Assembly: GCA_951406725.2 (NCBI GenBank)
Contig: OX597824.1
Location: 65,844,001 to 65,908,000, forward strand
Origin: Octopus vulgaris
Lineage: Eukaryota
DNA length: 64,000 nt
Direction of reading: 5' to 3'
Position 1 is the stretch's first letter. Each line of letters begins with the position of its first letter. Of the stretch, positions 1 to 12,790 are shown piece after piece. The position numbers and the translations under genes are program-made. The notes under the pieces are model-generated. The model did no database searches. It saw only the letters and a list, made by a program, of their open reading frames with translations, and was not told where the DNA came from.

Positions 1-54
1 CAGTCTGAAACAAATAAAATAAGATATATATATATATTTATATAAGGGAGTCTA

Positions 55-332
55 TGTGTGTCTGTGTCTATGAATTTGTTTCTTTGTCTGGACATCATGT
101 GATACTTGTAAATGAGCATCACCATCATATAAGCGGCATTGTAGGTTTCTAATCTTCTCTGAAGACCTGTCTAACAATTAGGAAATATTACCTTACTTGG
201 AAGTAAGTGAGATTGATGACTGGAAGAGTATCCAGCTGTAGAAAAGTTGCCTCAAGTAATTCTATTTGGCCCATGTGAGCATGGAAAAGAGGAGGGTAAA
301 ACAATAACAATGACAACAACAACAACAACAAC
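55..332 (+). mobile_element. Degenerate SINE body with RTE-type 3' tail
   Basis: Colinear similarity to 61675-61945 (+) and ~2615-2730 (-). The end GGAAGAGTATCCAGCTGTAGAAA...CCCATGTGAGCATGGAAAA resembles the tail at 53727-53835. Confidence 0.55.
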
Positions 333-809
333 ACTGGAGTTAAATGGCACAAAGTGACTGTTTTCTAGGATTTACTGAATTGGTTCTCAGTACTTCCCAA
401 ATACCAATTTTATCACTCCTAGATGGATGGAAATGAAAGCCGAATTTGGAAGAATTTGAACTAAGAATGTAAAGGATTGTTTACAAAATCACTACATCAC
501 TAGAACTATGATTGAACACTGTATCAGTGACAGGATATGAATGAAAGACTCTTCAGCTCATAGTTTGGCCTTATCCTTTTAGCCATACCAGTTCATCCAC
601 TCACCTTAGCAGAACAATAAAATAAAAATTAGTCAGAAACACAGTGACTGCCCCCACACCATTATAGCTACTGTGTACCATTACAAGGCTTTATCTATTC
701 TTTATTTTCAAAAACGACAATCAAGATCAAAGAAATATAAATGCAACTGCATCTTAAGAGCCATTCCAACACTGTTTCTACATTATCATAACACTAGAGA
801 AAACCTTGC

Positions 810-1036
810 CTAACCCTTTCATTACCAACCCACTGAAGCCGGCTCTGGCTCTGAGTACAAATGTCTTGTTTTCATAAGTTTTGAATTAAAATCTTCCACC
901 AAATCTTAGTCACAATTTATGTTCCTAACACTAGCTGAATGATAACTAGGTTATTTTACTAAATTCTTTATTATATTTAAAGTAATTGAAAGAAACATAG
1001 AGCATCTCAAAATAAATACAGTAACGAAAGGGTTAA
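810..1036. mobile_element. piggyBac-like non-autonomous MITE
   Basis: Inverted termini CTAACCCTTTCATTAC and GTAACGAAAGGGTTAA (14/16 match). TTAA+CCC termini are characteristic of piggyBac. A related copy lies at 13881-14110. Confidence 0.7.
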
Positions 1037-2614
1037 AGGCAGAATATAGTTTCAGTGTTAGGATACTCTTTAGTCAGTAGCCTGATGCTCTCTTGTCAGT
1101 CACACTAATTCATCTTGTTCAGTTTAGCAAAGTTGTAGCAAAAATGACAAAGCAAAAACAATTAGAGAGACAAAACAACGTGGTTGCTTGACCTGCTAGC
1201 ACACTAGCAGCTAAATCCACCTCGAGTCATACACATTATCTTAAAACAAAATTAAATAAAAAATCATGGATAATGTAGTCTTACACTTACTATGTTTCAA
1301 GAAAAAAAAAAGGACATGGTCATGACGGAAACTTCTTTTAACATGAATTTAACCATTGCTTTTCTGAAATATGGCATCTCTGAATATTTTATTCCTTAAC
1401 CATTTGCTTGTCATGTGTATCATGTGTGATACACAACAATTTTCCTTGGTGTCCGTACATCATATATTACATACTACATTTCCAATTTTTTCAACTACCA
1501 GAGTTACTTGGGACTTAGAAAAGCTTTATATTACTCAGAAGGTATGAAACAAGGGCTAACTAAAAAGTCTGAAAACAAGCATGAATGTTTAGGAGAATTA
1601 TGAAAATGCTTTGAACAGATAAAAAGTAAAACGTCTTTTTAAACTTTGCCAACCATTGTACAAGATTACTCATTCATTCTATGAGTTATTTATTCTCCAA
1701 ATGTTTGTATTTATCTATGCAAACCACCACCACCACCTTGGACACAGCACAACACAAGTGATAGGGCATGACCTGTTAATACCTTGACTAGGGTTCTGAC
1801 AGATATCTAATCAACATAGTCATTTACAACTCTGATCTAGATATAATTATGGTTTCAAATTTTGGCACAAAGCCAGCAAGTTTGGGAAAGGTGGTGGTGG
1901 TGGTGGGGCCTAGTTGATTACACTGACCTCAGTCCTCAACTGGTCCTTATTTTATCAATCCCAAAAGAAAGAAAAGTATAGTCAACCTTGGTGATCAAAA
2001 TATAATAATAGTGTCAGACATTTCACCTTCAATGAAATGTTCTATCTTAGCTTTGTTAAAGCTGTAAAAAAGAAAAAAAAAAAACAAATAGAAAAAAAAA
2101 CTAACTAAATAGATGAACAAAACTGTCTGTTGGCATCAGAAAACACTAGTGTTGTAAGGTTAACCAGTTGTAAACAATCAGCTCCATAAGATGGAAATAT
2201 GATTGAGATATAAGAGGATAAACTTAAGACTGCAATTGGATCAAGGATAGTGTTAATCTGCTAAAAATGAATCAAGGTTAGTTAATCTGTAGAAAGTAGT
2301 AGTGGTGTTGGTGGTGGTGGTGGTCATGGTGGTAGTAGTCGTAGTAGATGGTAGTGGTGGTGGAGGAGGATTAGTATCATTAGAAACAAATGAGTCATGG
2401 TGAACAACAGCAGCAATATCAGCAGAATGGTGGTACAGTGATAAATTTCAGTTGCTTATTATGCAAGAGACTAGTATTCAATAGTTCTGTCTTTGAGGGC
2501 CAAATGCCAGTCTAAAAACATTCCAGCCTTGACCATCTCACATATTTGCTACCATATTGTATCTAGGACTATCTGGATCAGACAGAAATTCGCTGAGGTA
2601 CACTTGTCTTTTCT

Positions 2615-3060
2615 GTCCCCAACTCTCACCTGTTTCCAAGCAAGGTCATATTTCCTTATGACTAGACATATCTTTTACAGAAGACTGGAAGCAAATGATA
2701 TTACTTGTATGACAGTGATGCTCATTCACCACCATCACATCATGCTAAAACAAGAACACACATATGCACATGCACACACACACATGCATGTGCATGCACA
2801 TACACACACATGCATGTGTGCACAAACACATGCATGTGTACACAAACACATGCATGCATGTACATACACATGCACATATACATGCACAAACACATATATA
2901 TTCACACACATATATATATGATGGGCTTCTTTCACTTTCTCTCATTCAAATCCACTCACAAGGTTTTGATCAACTCAGGGTTATAGTAGAAGGTGACAGG
3001 CAGTGGGACTGAACATGTAAGCACATGTAAGTGAGCTTCTTAACCACACACCTATGCCTA
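2615..3060 (-). mobile_element. SINE: OK-like head, CA-rich microsatellite, partial body
   Basis: 2920-3058 is the reverse complement of the head at 58560-58710. (CA/CATG)n occupies 2755-2918. 2615-2730 matches the body at 55-220. Confidence 0.55.
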
Positions 3061-3481
3061 CATCTGTGAAGTAAACTTCTTAGTCATGCAAAATAAAAGA
3101 GGCTCTCTTGGTCACTATATTCATATCACTCCAAATGCAAGTGATGCCTATATATATATATAGGCATACTAATACAATTGTTTGTTTGTACTCCACCTGC
3201 CTTTGTCTTTTGTTTATTTTCATAAAGCTTCCCATTATATATATATATATCTAGTTATGGTATATTCTGTTAGGAACATGGCAGAGTACAGTTTAAAATT
3301 CGTCCACCATCAGAATTATCCACTACTATTTGGTAGCATTATTATATACTTCCATGTTTATGTTTGGGTATTCATCATGTGTGAATATAAAATTGAAGAA
3401 ATTGGAGTCAACAAGAAGGAGTATGGTTGGACAGTTATTTTTTAATCATTACAATTGTTTCCACCTAACGTGCTTCTCCAA

Positions 3482-3829
3482 AAATACAGGTATTTGATTA
3501 TGCAACTGTTTTTTTGCATAATGAGATCCAGTTGTGTTTCCTCAGGTGATATTCAAGTGTTCTCTCTGTTAGTTAAAAAATCTTCAACTTCAAGGCCATC
3601 TCAACTGTCTGTCTTGGTTTGGTGGCAGAGTATGTTTAATAAACACACTGTGCCACCAAACAACATGAATCTACCAAATACTACAAAATTCAAAACTAGA
3701 CGGACGGATGGGATGGCCTTGAAGTCAAAGATTTTGAACTAACGGAGACAACACTTGAATATCACCTGAGGAAACACAACTGGATCTCATTATGCAAACT
3801 AACAGTTGCATAATCAAATACTTGTATTT
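3482..3829. mobile_element. Fold-back MITE with ~140-bp terminal inverted repeats
   Basis: The left arm TACAGGTATTTGATTATGCAACTGTT...CAAGGCCATC is the near-perfect reverse complement of ~3693-3829. TA dinucleotides flank CAGGTA...TACTTG. There is an internal hairpin TTTGGTGGCA...TGCCACCAAA. Confidence 0.8.
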
Positions 3830-3904
3830 ATATACATACAGAAGAAATACTGCAACTTCAAATTCTTTAAGGCTTATCAGTTTCTGGATAAAAAAAATAT
3901 CAAA

Positions 3905-4132
3905 TTAAATCTTTAGCATTTAAACTGGCCATATCTGGCCAAATATATTCTACCTGTTTTATGCTTAAACTGACCAGACCTTGATTTCATACCAACCCTA
4001 CAACATCATTCAAAAAGTAACAGTTAGCTCATCAAAATCTCAAAGCTACAAAGATAATGCACCATTAATTTTTTAAAATGTAAATAAATAAGCATTTCAT
4101 TTGACAGAATAATCTGAATTCTAAAGGGTTAA
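3905..4132. mobile_element. piggyBac-like MITE (second family)
   Basis: TTAAATCTTTAGCATTTAAA ... TCTGAATTCTAAAGGGTTAA form imperfect inverted termini with TTAA ends. Confidence 0.55.
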
Positions 4133-4330
4133 AAATAAGAATAAAATCGCTAATTTTTTGGTTTATAGATTCTGTATTTCTGATGTTTACAACAGAAAAA
4201 GTAGCACAATAAAAAATAGTCAGAAGTAGAATTTTAAAATTCTCCTTAAAATGAATAAGTGCTTATTTATTAATTGAACATTTTTTTGTAGCAAATCTGC
4301 TTTTCGAATGAAAGGTGAAAATAAAAACAC

Positions 4331-4492
4331 CCAAAGTTGTCTCCCTTGCTCGCCTAGACAAACAACTTCTATACTGAAGTAAATACTTTTACTCTACGGT
4401 CATTTATACTTGATTAGACGAGCTTAATTAAGAGCAACAGCCTACACTTGACCGGTCAGTCCTTTGACATTCGACAAGTTCCTTAACCCATT
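4331..4492 (-). pseudogene. Decayed exon, end of an iGluR-like amino-terminal domain (GLTG motif)
   Basis: One frame reads NGLRNLSNVKGLTGQV*AVALN*ARLIKYK*P*SKSIYFSIEVVCLGEQGRQLW. This resembles the AMPA/kainate ATD pattern xxEGLTGxV/IxF...NYTxDVxELxxxGxRK. In-frame stops are present. Confidence 0.45.
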
Positions 4493-4826
4493 GGGGGGGG
4501 GGGGTCGTTAGGATGCTACAGCCATGCAATATATCATTGCTACAACTGAGTGAACTGGAGCAACGTGGAATGAAGTGTTTTGCTCAAGAACACAACGGAT
4601 CGCCCGCTTCAGGTATCGAAACCACAATCTTGTGGTCGTGAATCCAACACCTTAACCACCACTAAGCGAGCGCCTTCACTGGTGGTATTAATTTCTTTAG
4701 CTGTATTGACTGGAGCATGCGTGAAATGAAATGAAGTGTTTTGCTCAAGATCGCCCGATCCAGGAATCAAAACCACAGTCTTACAATCGTGACCCCCAAC
4801 ACCTTAACTACTAAGCCACGTGCATC
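4493..4826 (-). mobile_element. Two tandem tRNA-derived SINE heads
   Basis: The reverse strand shows an A-box (GCTTAGTGGTGGTTAAGG) and B-box (GGTTTCGATACC) followed by GTGTTCTTGAGCAAAACACTT, present twice (~4545-4678 and ~4706-4826). Confidence 0.65.
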
Positions 4827-4889
4827 CACTATTTAACCATAAACACTAAAGTATATATAAGCAGCCAGTCTGAATCTAAATCGCACCGT

Positions 4890-5243
4890 ACACTCAATTT
4901 AAACTTAACTGGAAATTACAGCTTGTACTTGATCAGGCTGCACCTCTCTAATATCAGGTTTCTGCCATTAAATTTTATCACATCTAAGACATTGGATGTA
5001 TTCTAAATAAGTCCTTCGGTGACTTCCTGACACTCCATTGTTTTCATTGCAATCCATAGGAAAAAATGTGACATTTATGCAGATATTTTTTTGTTCTGTC
5101 AGTTCAGGATGTGGAAGTTGAATTGGAATAAATAGTAATTTGAGAGTATTGCCATTGCTGTTGTTGTTGTTGTATAGCTCTCTACTAACAATCTTGTTAA
5201 AACATATCAGAAAAGATATGAAGTAATCCACAAGTTCAGCATC
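4890..5243 (-). pseudogene. Decayed exon, iGluR-like ATD helix plus Cys region
   Basis: Acceptor TTTATCTAG|GAT at 5243. Reads DAELVDYFISFLICFNKIV...FFPMDCNENNGVSGSHRRTYLEYIQCL, reminiscent of ATD xAALxYDAV...C...G..lm.yik. The 3' boundary is uncertain. Confidence 0.4.
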
Positions 5244-5399
5244 CTAGATAAACATATAAATTTGTGTTAAACTTCACTGATTCATCCCTCTAATGTGACT
5301 GTATCATACTAAATGTAAAACATTTTATCTTAAAATTTAGAACTTCAAATATGGGGGCTCTTAATTTATTGATAACTAACAGCATGTTGGTTGGTTGGT

Positions 5400-5927
5400 T
5401 GGTTGTTGTGTAGATTCCAGGCCGACATTTTCATCCTGTTTTATTTACTAATATAGTAAATGTAGGACTACATTATGAATCTTGACTATCCAGTCTTCTC
5501 TTTCAAACATAGCAAATTCCATGTGCCCTACTATTCTTTTTAAAAAGATGGTAGAGTATGATTTGAGGGTCATTTTACTACTAATTCCATGATCAAGGGA
5601 ATTATATCATGGCCATCTTGTCTTTTGTATTTCTAGGATTATATTTTCCTTTCTTTTGTAAGACACTAGAATATAATTTGAGTGAAATTTGGCTGCTAAT
5701 TATAAAAGATTAAGTGACTACATAGGGACTTCCTTTTTGATTTTAAAGGAATAAAGCAAAGAGATTCACTTTCAATAATTTAACACCCTCAAATAAACTC
5801 TGGTGATGCGATATAAACTAATTATCATTCAGCTAGTAGTTGGTACGCTATTGACTTGATCAAAATCAAGCAATATACCTATAAAGATAAAGCAACCAAT
5901 AATCAGGGATATTTCAGCTGTAACTAC

Positions 5928-5968
<41 letters not shown>

Positions 5969-6080
5969 TTTTGTTCTAACATGGTAAGTCATCTCTTTCT
6001 TAAGACAGTTGGGTAATTTGAGTGAGATTTGGTTTCTGCTTGTAGTTGACTGAGCAACTATGTAAGGGCTTTTTCTTATA
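5400..6080. repeat. Several degenerate copies of an unclassified interspersed repeat
   Basis: The motif ATTTGAG(G/T)GA(G/A)ATTTGGCTGCTA(T/A)TT recurs here and at ~13250-13400, 17010-17200, 21235-21400 (+) and ~1180-1350, 57435-57550, 58135-58320, 60075-60600 (-). Confidence 0.5.
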
Positions 6081-6642
6081 TTTCATTGAGCATGCACTTT
6101 TTTTATTACCTTTTTAGCGTGTATATATATGGTGAGGTATGAAGGCTTTAAATACAAAGGTACCACATGTATTGAAATAAATTCAGTTGTTGATAACTGT
6201 ATGTTGGACATGAAAATTTTCTTTCTGTCTCTCCCTTACTTTCTCACCTCCTCCCTTCTCCCCCCACTCACAATTACTCTTTCTCAGTACATATACATAT
6301 GTGTGTATTTGTATGACTATGCTTTTTCCTTCTATTGGTTTCAGCCTTGGTTGTTTTTGCCTTCAATGTTGCTGCCTACTTTTGATGGTTGAAAGTGTTT
6401 GAAGTTGCAGCCTGCATCCAAGGTTCTGGTGAATGCTGATTTTTCTCTGGAGTTTTGAACTGCAGAAAGTACATACATGCATGCATACATACCTATATAC
6501 CCTGCATACATATGTGCATGCATTCATACATATATGCATGCATACATACATATACACATACATACATGAATACATACATTCTTTCATACATCCATCCATG
6601 CATAGATACATTTATACATACATACATACATACATACAGTCT

Positions 6643-6951
6643 GGAGGCGCAGTGGCCCAGTGGTTAGGGCAGCGGACTCGCGGTTGTAGGATCGCAGTTT
6701 CGATTCCCAGACCAGGCGTTGTGAGTGCTTATTGAGCGAAAACACCTAAAGCTCCACGAGGCTCCGACAGGGGATGGTGGCGATCCCTGCTCTACTCTTT
6801 CGCTACAACTTTCTCTCACTCTTTCTTCTGTTGGCCTGCTCACTTAGCCAGCGGGGTGGCATCATTTGAAGGCTAAAACAATGTGAAGCACATTGTGACC
6901 AGCGATGTGTAGCAACATCTGGTAGCCTGGTCGATCACGGTGATCACGGTG
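6643..6951 (+). mobile_element. tRNA-derived SINE (octopus OR1/OR2-like), full length
   Basis: tRNA-like head GGAGGCGCAGTGGCCCAGTGGTTAGGGCAGCGGACTCG...GTTTCGATTCC. An 11-bp target-site duplication ACATACAGTCT lies at 6632-6642 and 6952-6962. A similar copy is at 60169-60469 (-). Confidence 0.85.
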
Positions 6952-7099
6952 ACATACAGTCTAGGAGGAAGGGTGTTGCATATAGTTGAGTTTTCATGGG
7001 ACTTCAGAAAGGAGTGCATGGCCACACATTTCACATCTTTATGTCTTCATTGAGGTTCTGATGATAGTTCTCCTGAAGTTAGCATTTTAGTCTTTTGTG

Positions 7100-7700
7100 C
7101 TCACAAGGACCCTCTTCAATAGTTTTACAACCTTCCCTTATATGCTTTCTCCACTCAGCTCTTTTAGGAAGTAGTTCTCCCCAGTGCTTCACATTGATTT
7201 TGTAGTTTCCTTAGATTGCCTTTCATGTAATCTTTGTACTATTTTTCTGGTTTGTGCTGAGGATGCTTTCCATTGTACAACTCACCATAGAACAGTTGTT
7301 TTGGAATTTTATTATCAGCTGTATGCGCTACATCGCCTGCCCAAGGCATATGACAAATGATTAGATGCTTGTACATCCTGTCTTTGCAAGGACTTCTGTG
7401 TCAGTGTTGTACTTTGCCACATGATGCTGAGTGTCTCAGTCATTTTTGATGAAAGTGTTCAAGTAGCTTGAGATGCCTGCAGTGTACTGTCCATGCTCTA
7501 GAAGACAACAATAGAGCTGTTAGTATGCAAGCTTTGTAAATGCTTAGCTTGGTCTTGTTGGTGATGCTGCAATTTACTCAGAGTCTCTTTTCAAGTTCTC
7601 AAGTGCTACAAATGCTTTCTGAATGTGTAGCTGCATTTCTGTATCTAGGAAGCCATCTCTTGACTACGTGCTGCCTAGATAATCAAAAGTGTCAACTAAA
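7100..7700 (-). mobile_element. RTE-clade LINE fragment (post-RT region), degenerate
   Basis: Translates to TKLSIYKACILTALL...HLKLLEHFHQK...WAGDVAHTADNKIPKQLFYGELYNGK, typical of an RTE ORF C-terminus. Confidence 0.75.
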
Positions 7701-7859
7701 CCCAATCTTGTACTGTATACTATGATATGTTGTATGACATACATACCCCCCTCCACACATACATACATACATACGTACACACACACATACACACACACAC
7801 ACATACATACATACACACACATACATACATACATACATACGTACATACATACATACATA

Positions 7860-9135
7860 CGAGGTGCATTCCAGAAGTTTTGAGACCTTTTTAAGAGAGG
7901 CAGTTATAACTGTTCTAGATTATTGTAATTTTAGTTTATCATTATGATATGTCTAATAACTTGACCTACCAGCTTTTTTTTTCATTCAAGATTGAAGGAG
8001 ATGGTTTTTAACAGCACTTTGAAAATACCCTACTAAACATTACTTGTCATAGCTGAAGGCTTGCAGAATGCAGTTGGGACATGAAGACAATTTAGAAGTG
8101 TGCTATGCAATAAAGTTTTGTGTTAAACTGAGCAAAAATGTTATAGAAAACTATGAAATGCTCCAGACTTTTTATGGATTAACATGTATGAGCTGAGCAC
8201 CTGTTTTTCACTGGCACAAGAAATCCAAGGATGATAGAGAAGAGGTGAGAGACAATGAAAGGCATAGGAAGAAGAGGTATTGGAAGGAGTATGAACATCA
8301 AAGCTGGTTGAGAAAATTTGCAGTTTGCTGCATGAAAAATGCTGTGAGTCTATGAAGACAATAAGCATGCAGTTTTGAGTTGGTGTGAATATGCTCAAAA
8401 TTTGGGAAAAATTTGTTCCCAGGTGCTCAGTGACAAACAGAAGGAAAGACGTGTTGGTGACAGCAGGGAGATGGTTGAGCTCATTACCTCCTATCCAAGT
8501 GTTCTGGAGACTTGGGTAACCTGTGATAAAAGCTGTATTTACTGTTATAATCCAGAGACCAAGGGACAGATGGCCAGTAGAAGCATCCAGGCTCCTCCAA
8601 ACTCAAGAAGGCTCAGCAAAGCAAGTCCACTGGGAAGTTCATGACAATTCCCTTTTTGACAGCATTATCTATATCTATATCTATTGGGTTCCTTCTGGCC
8701 AGAAGTTCAACAAAGAGTACGTTGTGTAGATTTTGAGGGAGTTCAGGAACAAATTTTGTCTCAAACTGTCAGAGCTCTTCCACTTGGGTCAATGGCACTT
8801 CATCAGGGCAATACAGCAGTCCACAATTCCATCCTGGTAACCAACTACTTGACAGAGATGGGTATCAAAACTTTTCTTCACCCTCCCTACACTCTACACC
8901 TTGTTCCCTTTGACTTTTAGTTGTTCTCCAAGCTGAAGGAAAACTTCAGGGGTAAGTGTATTGAGGATATTGAAAAGGTGAAGGGGACTGTGTCAAGGGT
9001 CCTGGACATCTTCCCTTTGGAGGACTTCAAAAAGAGCATTGAAGTCAGAGGATAAGGAAATTAGGGTTTCGTACTTCTTTGAAATTAATAAATGTCTCTC
9101 CTGAAAAAGTATCAAACCTTCTGGAATACACCTTG
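7860..9135 (+). mobile_element. Decayed mariner (Tc1/mariner) DNA transposon, ~1.28 kb
   Basis: TIRs CGAGGTGCATTCCAGAAGTTTTGAGACC and GTATCAAACCTTCTGGAATACACCTTG, with TA on the left. Transposase remnants QVLSDKQKERRV...VTCDKSCIYCYNPETK and HQGNTAVH...HPPYTLHLVPFDF (mariner YSPDLAPxD motif), frameshifted. Confidence 0.9.
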
Positions 9136-9339
9136 AACATACACACATTCATTCATTCATTCATTCATTCCGCATTTATCTTATGTCCTTTTCTTTTAGT
9201 TGAGGGAATAATTTTGAACACATGTAAGAGTGCATACAAAAAGATGTAATGGATCACACCTTGGTTTTGATAAAACACACACACACAATATCTATATAAT
9301 GCATCTGTCTGTCTGTCTTGCTCTCTTCCTCTTCCCCCC

Positions 9340-9340
9340 A

Positions 9341-9410
<70 letters not shown>

Positions 9411-9830
9411 AATCTACTTGTTCATTCACCCTTATACTTTAGCTAGATGGAGGTGGAGTGAGTGAGGGGTGAGTAAAAGTGAGAGAGAGGGAGGGGTAGG
9501 ATGTTAGTAGAGAAAAAAGAAGTGAGAAACGTATCGCATGGTTAGTTGAAGGGATAGGCAAAGAGCAAGTGAAAAAGACAGTGAGAGAAAAGAGTGAGAG
9601 AGAAGTGTTAACAATGTGTTGTATTATGGGGAGGTAAAAGTTAAGAGAAAGAGATATGTTTAGGATATAATATTCAGCAGAGGGTGATGTTCTGGTGGTG
9701 GGGTTAAAGAAAGGTAGATAGAGAGAGATGGATAGGGGAGGCATTACAATGAGAGAGAGAGAGAGAGAGAGTGAAAGAGGAGAGAAGGAGAGAGAGAGAA
9801 AGAGAGGCAGATAGCGTTTGTATTATCAGA
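9340..9830. repeat. (CT)n-(TA)n-(TAA)n microsatellites and GA-rich low-complexity tract
   Basis: Directly visible simple repeats. Confidence 0.85.
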
Positions 9831-10959
9831 ATAGAGATACATGGACAGGAAGAAAAAGACAGAAACAAACAGCTGAACTAAAATGAAATGGGCTTTGTTA
9901 CTGAAAACTATAATGATGATGATAGTAGTGGTGGTGGTGGTATGTTGATAGTAAAAAGTATTTTTTTATTGAACTAAATCTATAATATTATTCTTCTACC
10001 TGCTTGTTCATAATCTATGTTTTAGTTTGTTAGAAAGAAGGAAGAGATGGAGTGAAAGAGAGAGGGAGAGGGAATGTGAGAGTGAGTGAAAGAGCAGTTA
10101 GCCAGCTGATGCATATATGCTGTCACTCAAGTGGTTAATGGCAGTGAAAGGTGAAGAGAAAGAGAGAAATGTTGAAGACACGAAGCAGGTAATTACATAG
10201 TTAAAAAGTTTGTTGAAGAGGTAGAGAGAAAGAGAGAAATATAAAGTATTTAATAGAGTGAAATTTTAAAATCATGTAATGTATTACCGTGACTGGAAGT
10301 AAACTAACATAGCAAAATAGAAATAGAAATAATCCTTTCTCTCTTTAATAGCTTCTCTTAATCTTTTTTGTTGTGTGGTATTTCCAGAGGTCCCATTAGT
10401 ATATATGTATAATAAAAATTTCATAATCATCATTATATTCCTATGTCTATTTTTCCATCTTGAATTGGTTGGATATGGATAGACAGGCAGCTAGATGAAC
10501 AGACGAATAGTTAGGTAAGTAAATAGACAGAATGATTGATTATTGTTTGATTGTTTGATTGATTGATTTGACTGATGAATAGACAGACAGTTAAATGGAC
10601 AGATAGACAGCTACATATCTACATAGATAAATTGATAAACAGAGTCTGACTAGCAGAGTGAGAGATGAGGAGTGGTAGAGGGAGGAGGAGTAGGAGAAGA
10701 AGGAGAGAGAGAGAAAGAGATAGAGAGATGGTGATGGTGGCGTAAGCAACTTGGTGGTGGAGAGCAGAATTAAATAGAGAACTGGCGTGAGTGAGGCCAG
10801 TCAACGATTTCCTGTTTCCTGTTGCAGTAAGCCAAGCTATAACATTGTTTTGTATCCACAGCTCATCCAGCACTGACTGACAAACCATTCAAGGATTACC
10901 ATGACAACCAAAGTAAACATCTCTTTCATCATTGACTTCATATTTTTATGTGCCTATTA

Positions 10960-11410
10960 CGTGTGTGTGTGTGTGTGCTGTGGGTGTTGTTTGTGTACTT
11001 GTATTTTCTCTTGAGACCAATAGTGGTGGTGGTGGTGGTGGTAAACATTGTCGCCACCACCATCACCACCATCATCATTTTTATTGTTATTGTGACATTG
11101 TCATCATCATCATCTTCTTCTCCATTACCCTCCTCCTCCACCATCACCACCATCATCATCCCCAACACCTTCCTGCATTATGATCATTATCATCATCATC
11201 AGCTCCAACAGCATTATCAACCATTACCAACATCACCTTTCCCCTCCTCCTTCCTCCCCCCTCCTCCTTCCTCCCCCCCTCCTCCTCATCGTCATCATCA
11301 TCACCAGTATTATTGGCACTACCCCCACAACTGTTACTCTACTTACTGCATCACTTCAACATCATCACCACCACCACCACCACCTCATCCTCATCATGAA
11401 TATTATGATA
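10960..11410. repeat. (GT)n, (GGT)n, (CAT/CAC/CCT)n trinucleotide low-complexity tract
   Basis: Directly visible; accounts for the poly-His/Pro/Ile ORFs. Confidence 0.85.
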
Positions 11411-11882
11411 CAGGATGACTGACTAGAGGTAATGCTAAGCTCCCTCTGGACTCCTGGCCATGAGATTGCATGCTTTGTTGTTATCAAAAGTCACAGTATA
11501 TTTACATAGCATGTATTTACACAATATTTTTACTCAGTACTTTTCTTATATCAGTGAGCTGCAGGTATACACTACTTTGCTCTTTCTTCCTTATGTTATG
11601 TATTTCATTTTATTGTTTTTATTGTACATGTCTTTCTTTATGCATGTACTTTTATTATAGAAATCCCAACATTGTAATGTCTGTGATTTCTATTATGAAA
11701 GTATTGTGTACTGTGTCAGATAATTCAATTTTCCATGTATTTTGGCATAGAAGGAGTGGAAAGCATCCTGGTGTCAAGTATTTATTTTTTGTCTTTTATT
11801 TGTTTGAGTCATTGGACTGCTGCTATGCTGAGGCACTGTTCTGGAAGGTTTAGCTGAACAATTGAGCCCAGTGCTTATTTTT

Positions 11883-11887
<5 letters not shown>

Positions 11888-11922
<35 letters not shown>

Positions 11923-12330
11923 AATTATTGTATACAGTGCACAGGTGCACCACAACTTGTCAGAAAGTGCATATAAAGTCTGGAAAGCGAACAATGTATG
12001 AGTCAGATACATGCTTGTGTGTGTATGGAGGGGAGAAAATCAGGTGTAGTGTTGGCGAATCTCAGAAAGCATGGAAGTTTTGAAGGATGCAGTGCTCCGA
12101 CAACTAACAACTGATGCCGGCAGTTTGTTCCATGCTTCAGCAACTCTCAGTGTGTAAAAATGTTTCCTAAAGTCATGGGAGCTGTGCTGTTTACTGACTT
12201 TGTAAATATGTCCACGGGTGTTAGACGGGTGGAGTTTGAAAAGGTGCTCAGAGTTATTGTTTGTAAGAGGGTTAATAATTTTATGGGTGTCTGCCAAGTC
12301 AGCTGCCAGATGTCGGAGTTTAAAATCTGG
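11888..12330 (-). mobile_element. CR1-like LINE 3' end with (ATT)n tail
   Basis: ORF 12040-12297 TRGHIYKVSKQHSSHDFRKHFYTLRVAEAWNKLPASVV matches the CR1 ORF2 C-terminal pattern TRGH..KL.K......R..FFS.RV...WN.LP..VV. It is followed by a 3' UTR and an (ATT)n tail. Confidence 0.85.
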
Positions 12331-12644
12331 TACCTAATCTATCTATTTTTTTTTGTTTAATCACTAAGTTGAGGGATGAAAACAAACCAACACTGATTGT
12401 CAAGTAGATGAAGTGGAGAGAAAACACAAACTCAGACACATCACTATCATCATCATCCTTTAATGTCCATTTTCATGCTGGCATCGGTTTGACCAGAGGT
12501 GGCAAGCTGGAGAGCTGCACTAAAATACATATATACACACAAACACACACATATATGCATGTGTGCACACACACACTCACACATGTGTGCATGCATACAC
12601 ACACACATATGCATGTGCACACACGTGCACACACACACATCTAC

Positions 12645-12790
12645 AATGGGTTTCCACACAGTTTCTGTCTACCAAATACACTCTCAAAGCATTGATTGGC
12701 CCAGGACTATAGTTGAAGACACTTGCCCAAGATGCTGTACAGTGGGACTGAATCCCAAATGCTGTGGTTGCAAATACACACAGCCTTGTA
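12645..12790 (-). mobile_element. OK-like SINE head, degenerate
   Basis: Reverse complement similar to 58560-58710 (GAAGACACTTGCCCAAG...AGTGGGACTGAA). Confidence 0.6.

Noticed and set aside
605-793. Possible further minus-strand exon (TTTTCTCTAG acceptor, AAG|GTGAGT donor) with a hydrophobic end
   Set aside because: The splice signals are good, but all frames have stops and the resemblance to an iGluR M1 helix is too weak to call. Worth including in any spliced alignment.
3255-3445. Second hammerhead candidate (CTGATGG on the minus strand)
   Set aside because: No GAAA/UH arrangement or stems could be fitted.
6643-6715. tRNA gene (also 16467, 60400-60469, 4600-4678, 58560)
   Set aside because: The heads run into SINE bodies, two copies have TSDs, and no proper acceptor stem is evident.
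10740-10920. Possible plus-strand small exon (TTGTATCCACAG acceptor)
   Set aside because: Weak donor, no recognisable peptide, and no supporting neighbouring exons.
10932-11422. His/Pro/Ser-rich ORFs
   Set aside because: Products of CAT/CAC/CCT trinucleotide repeats with no domain signal.
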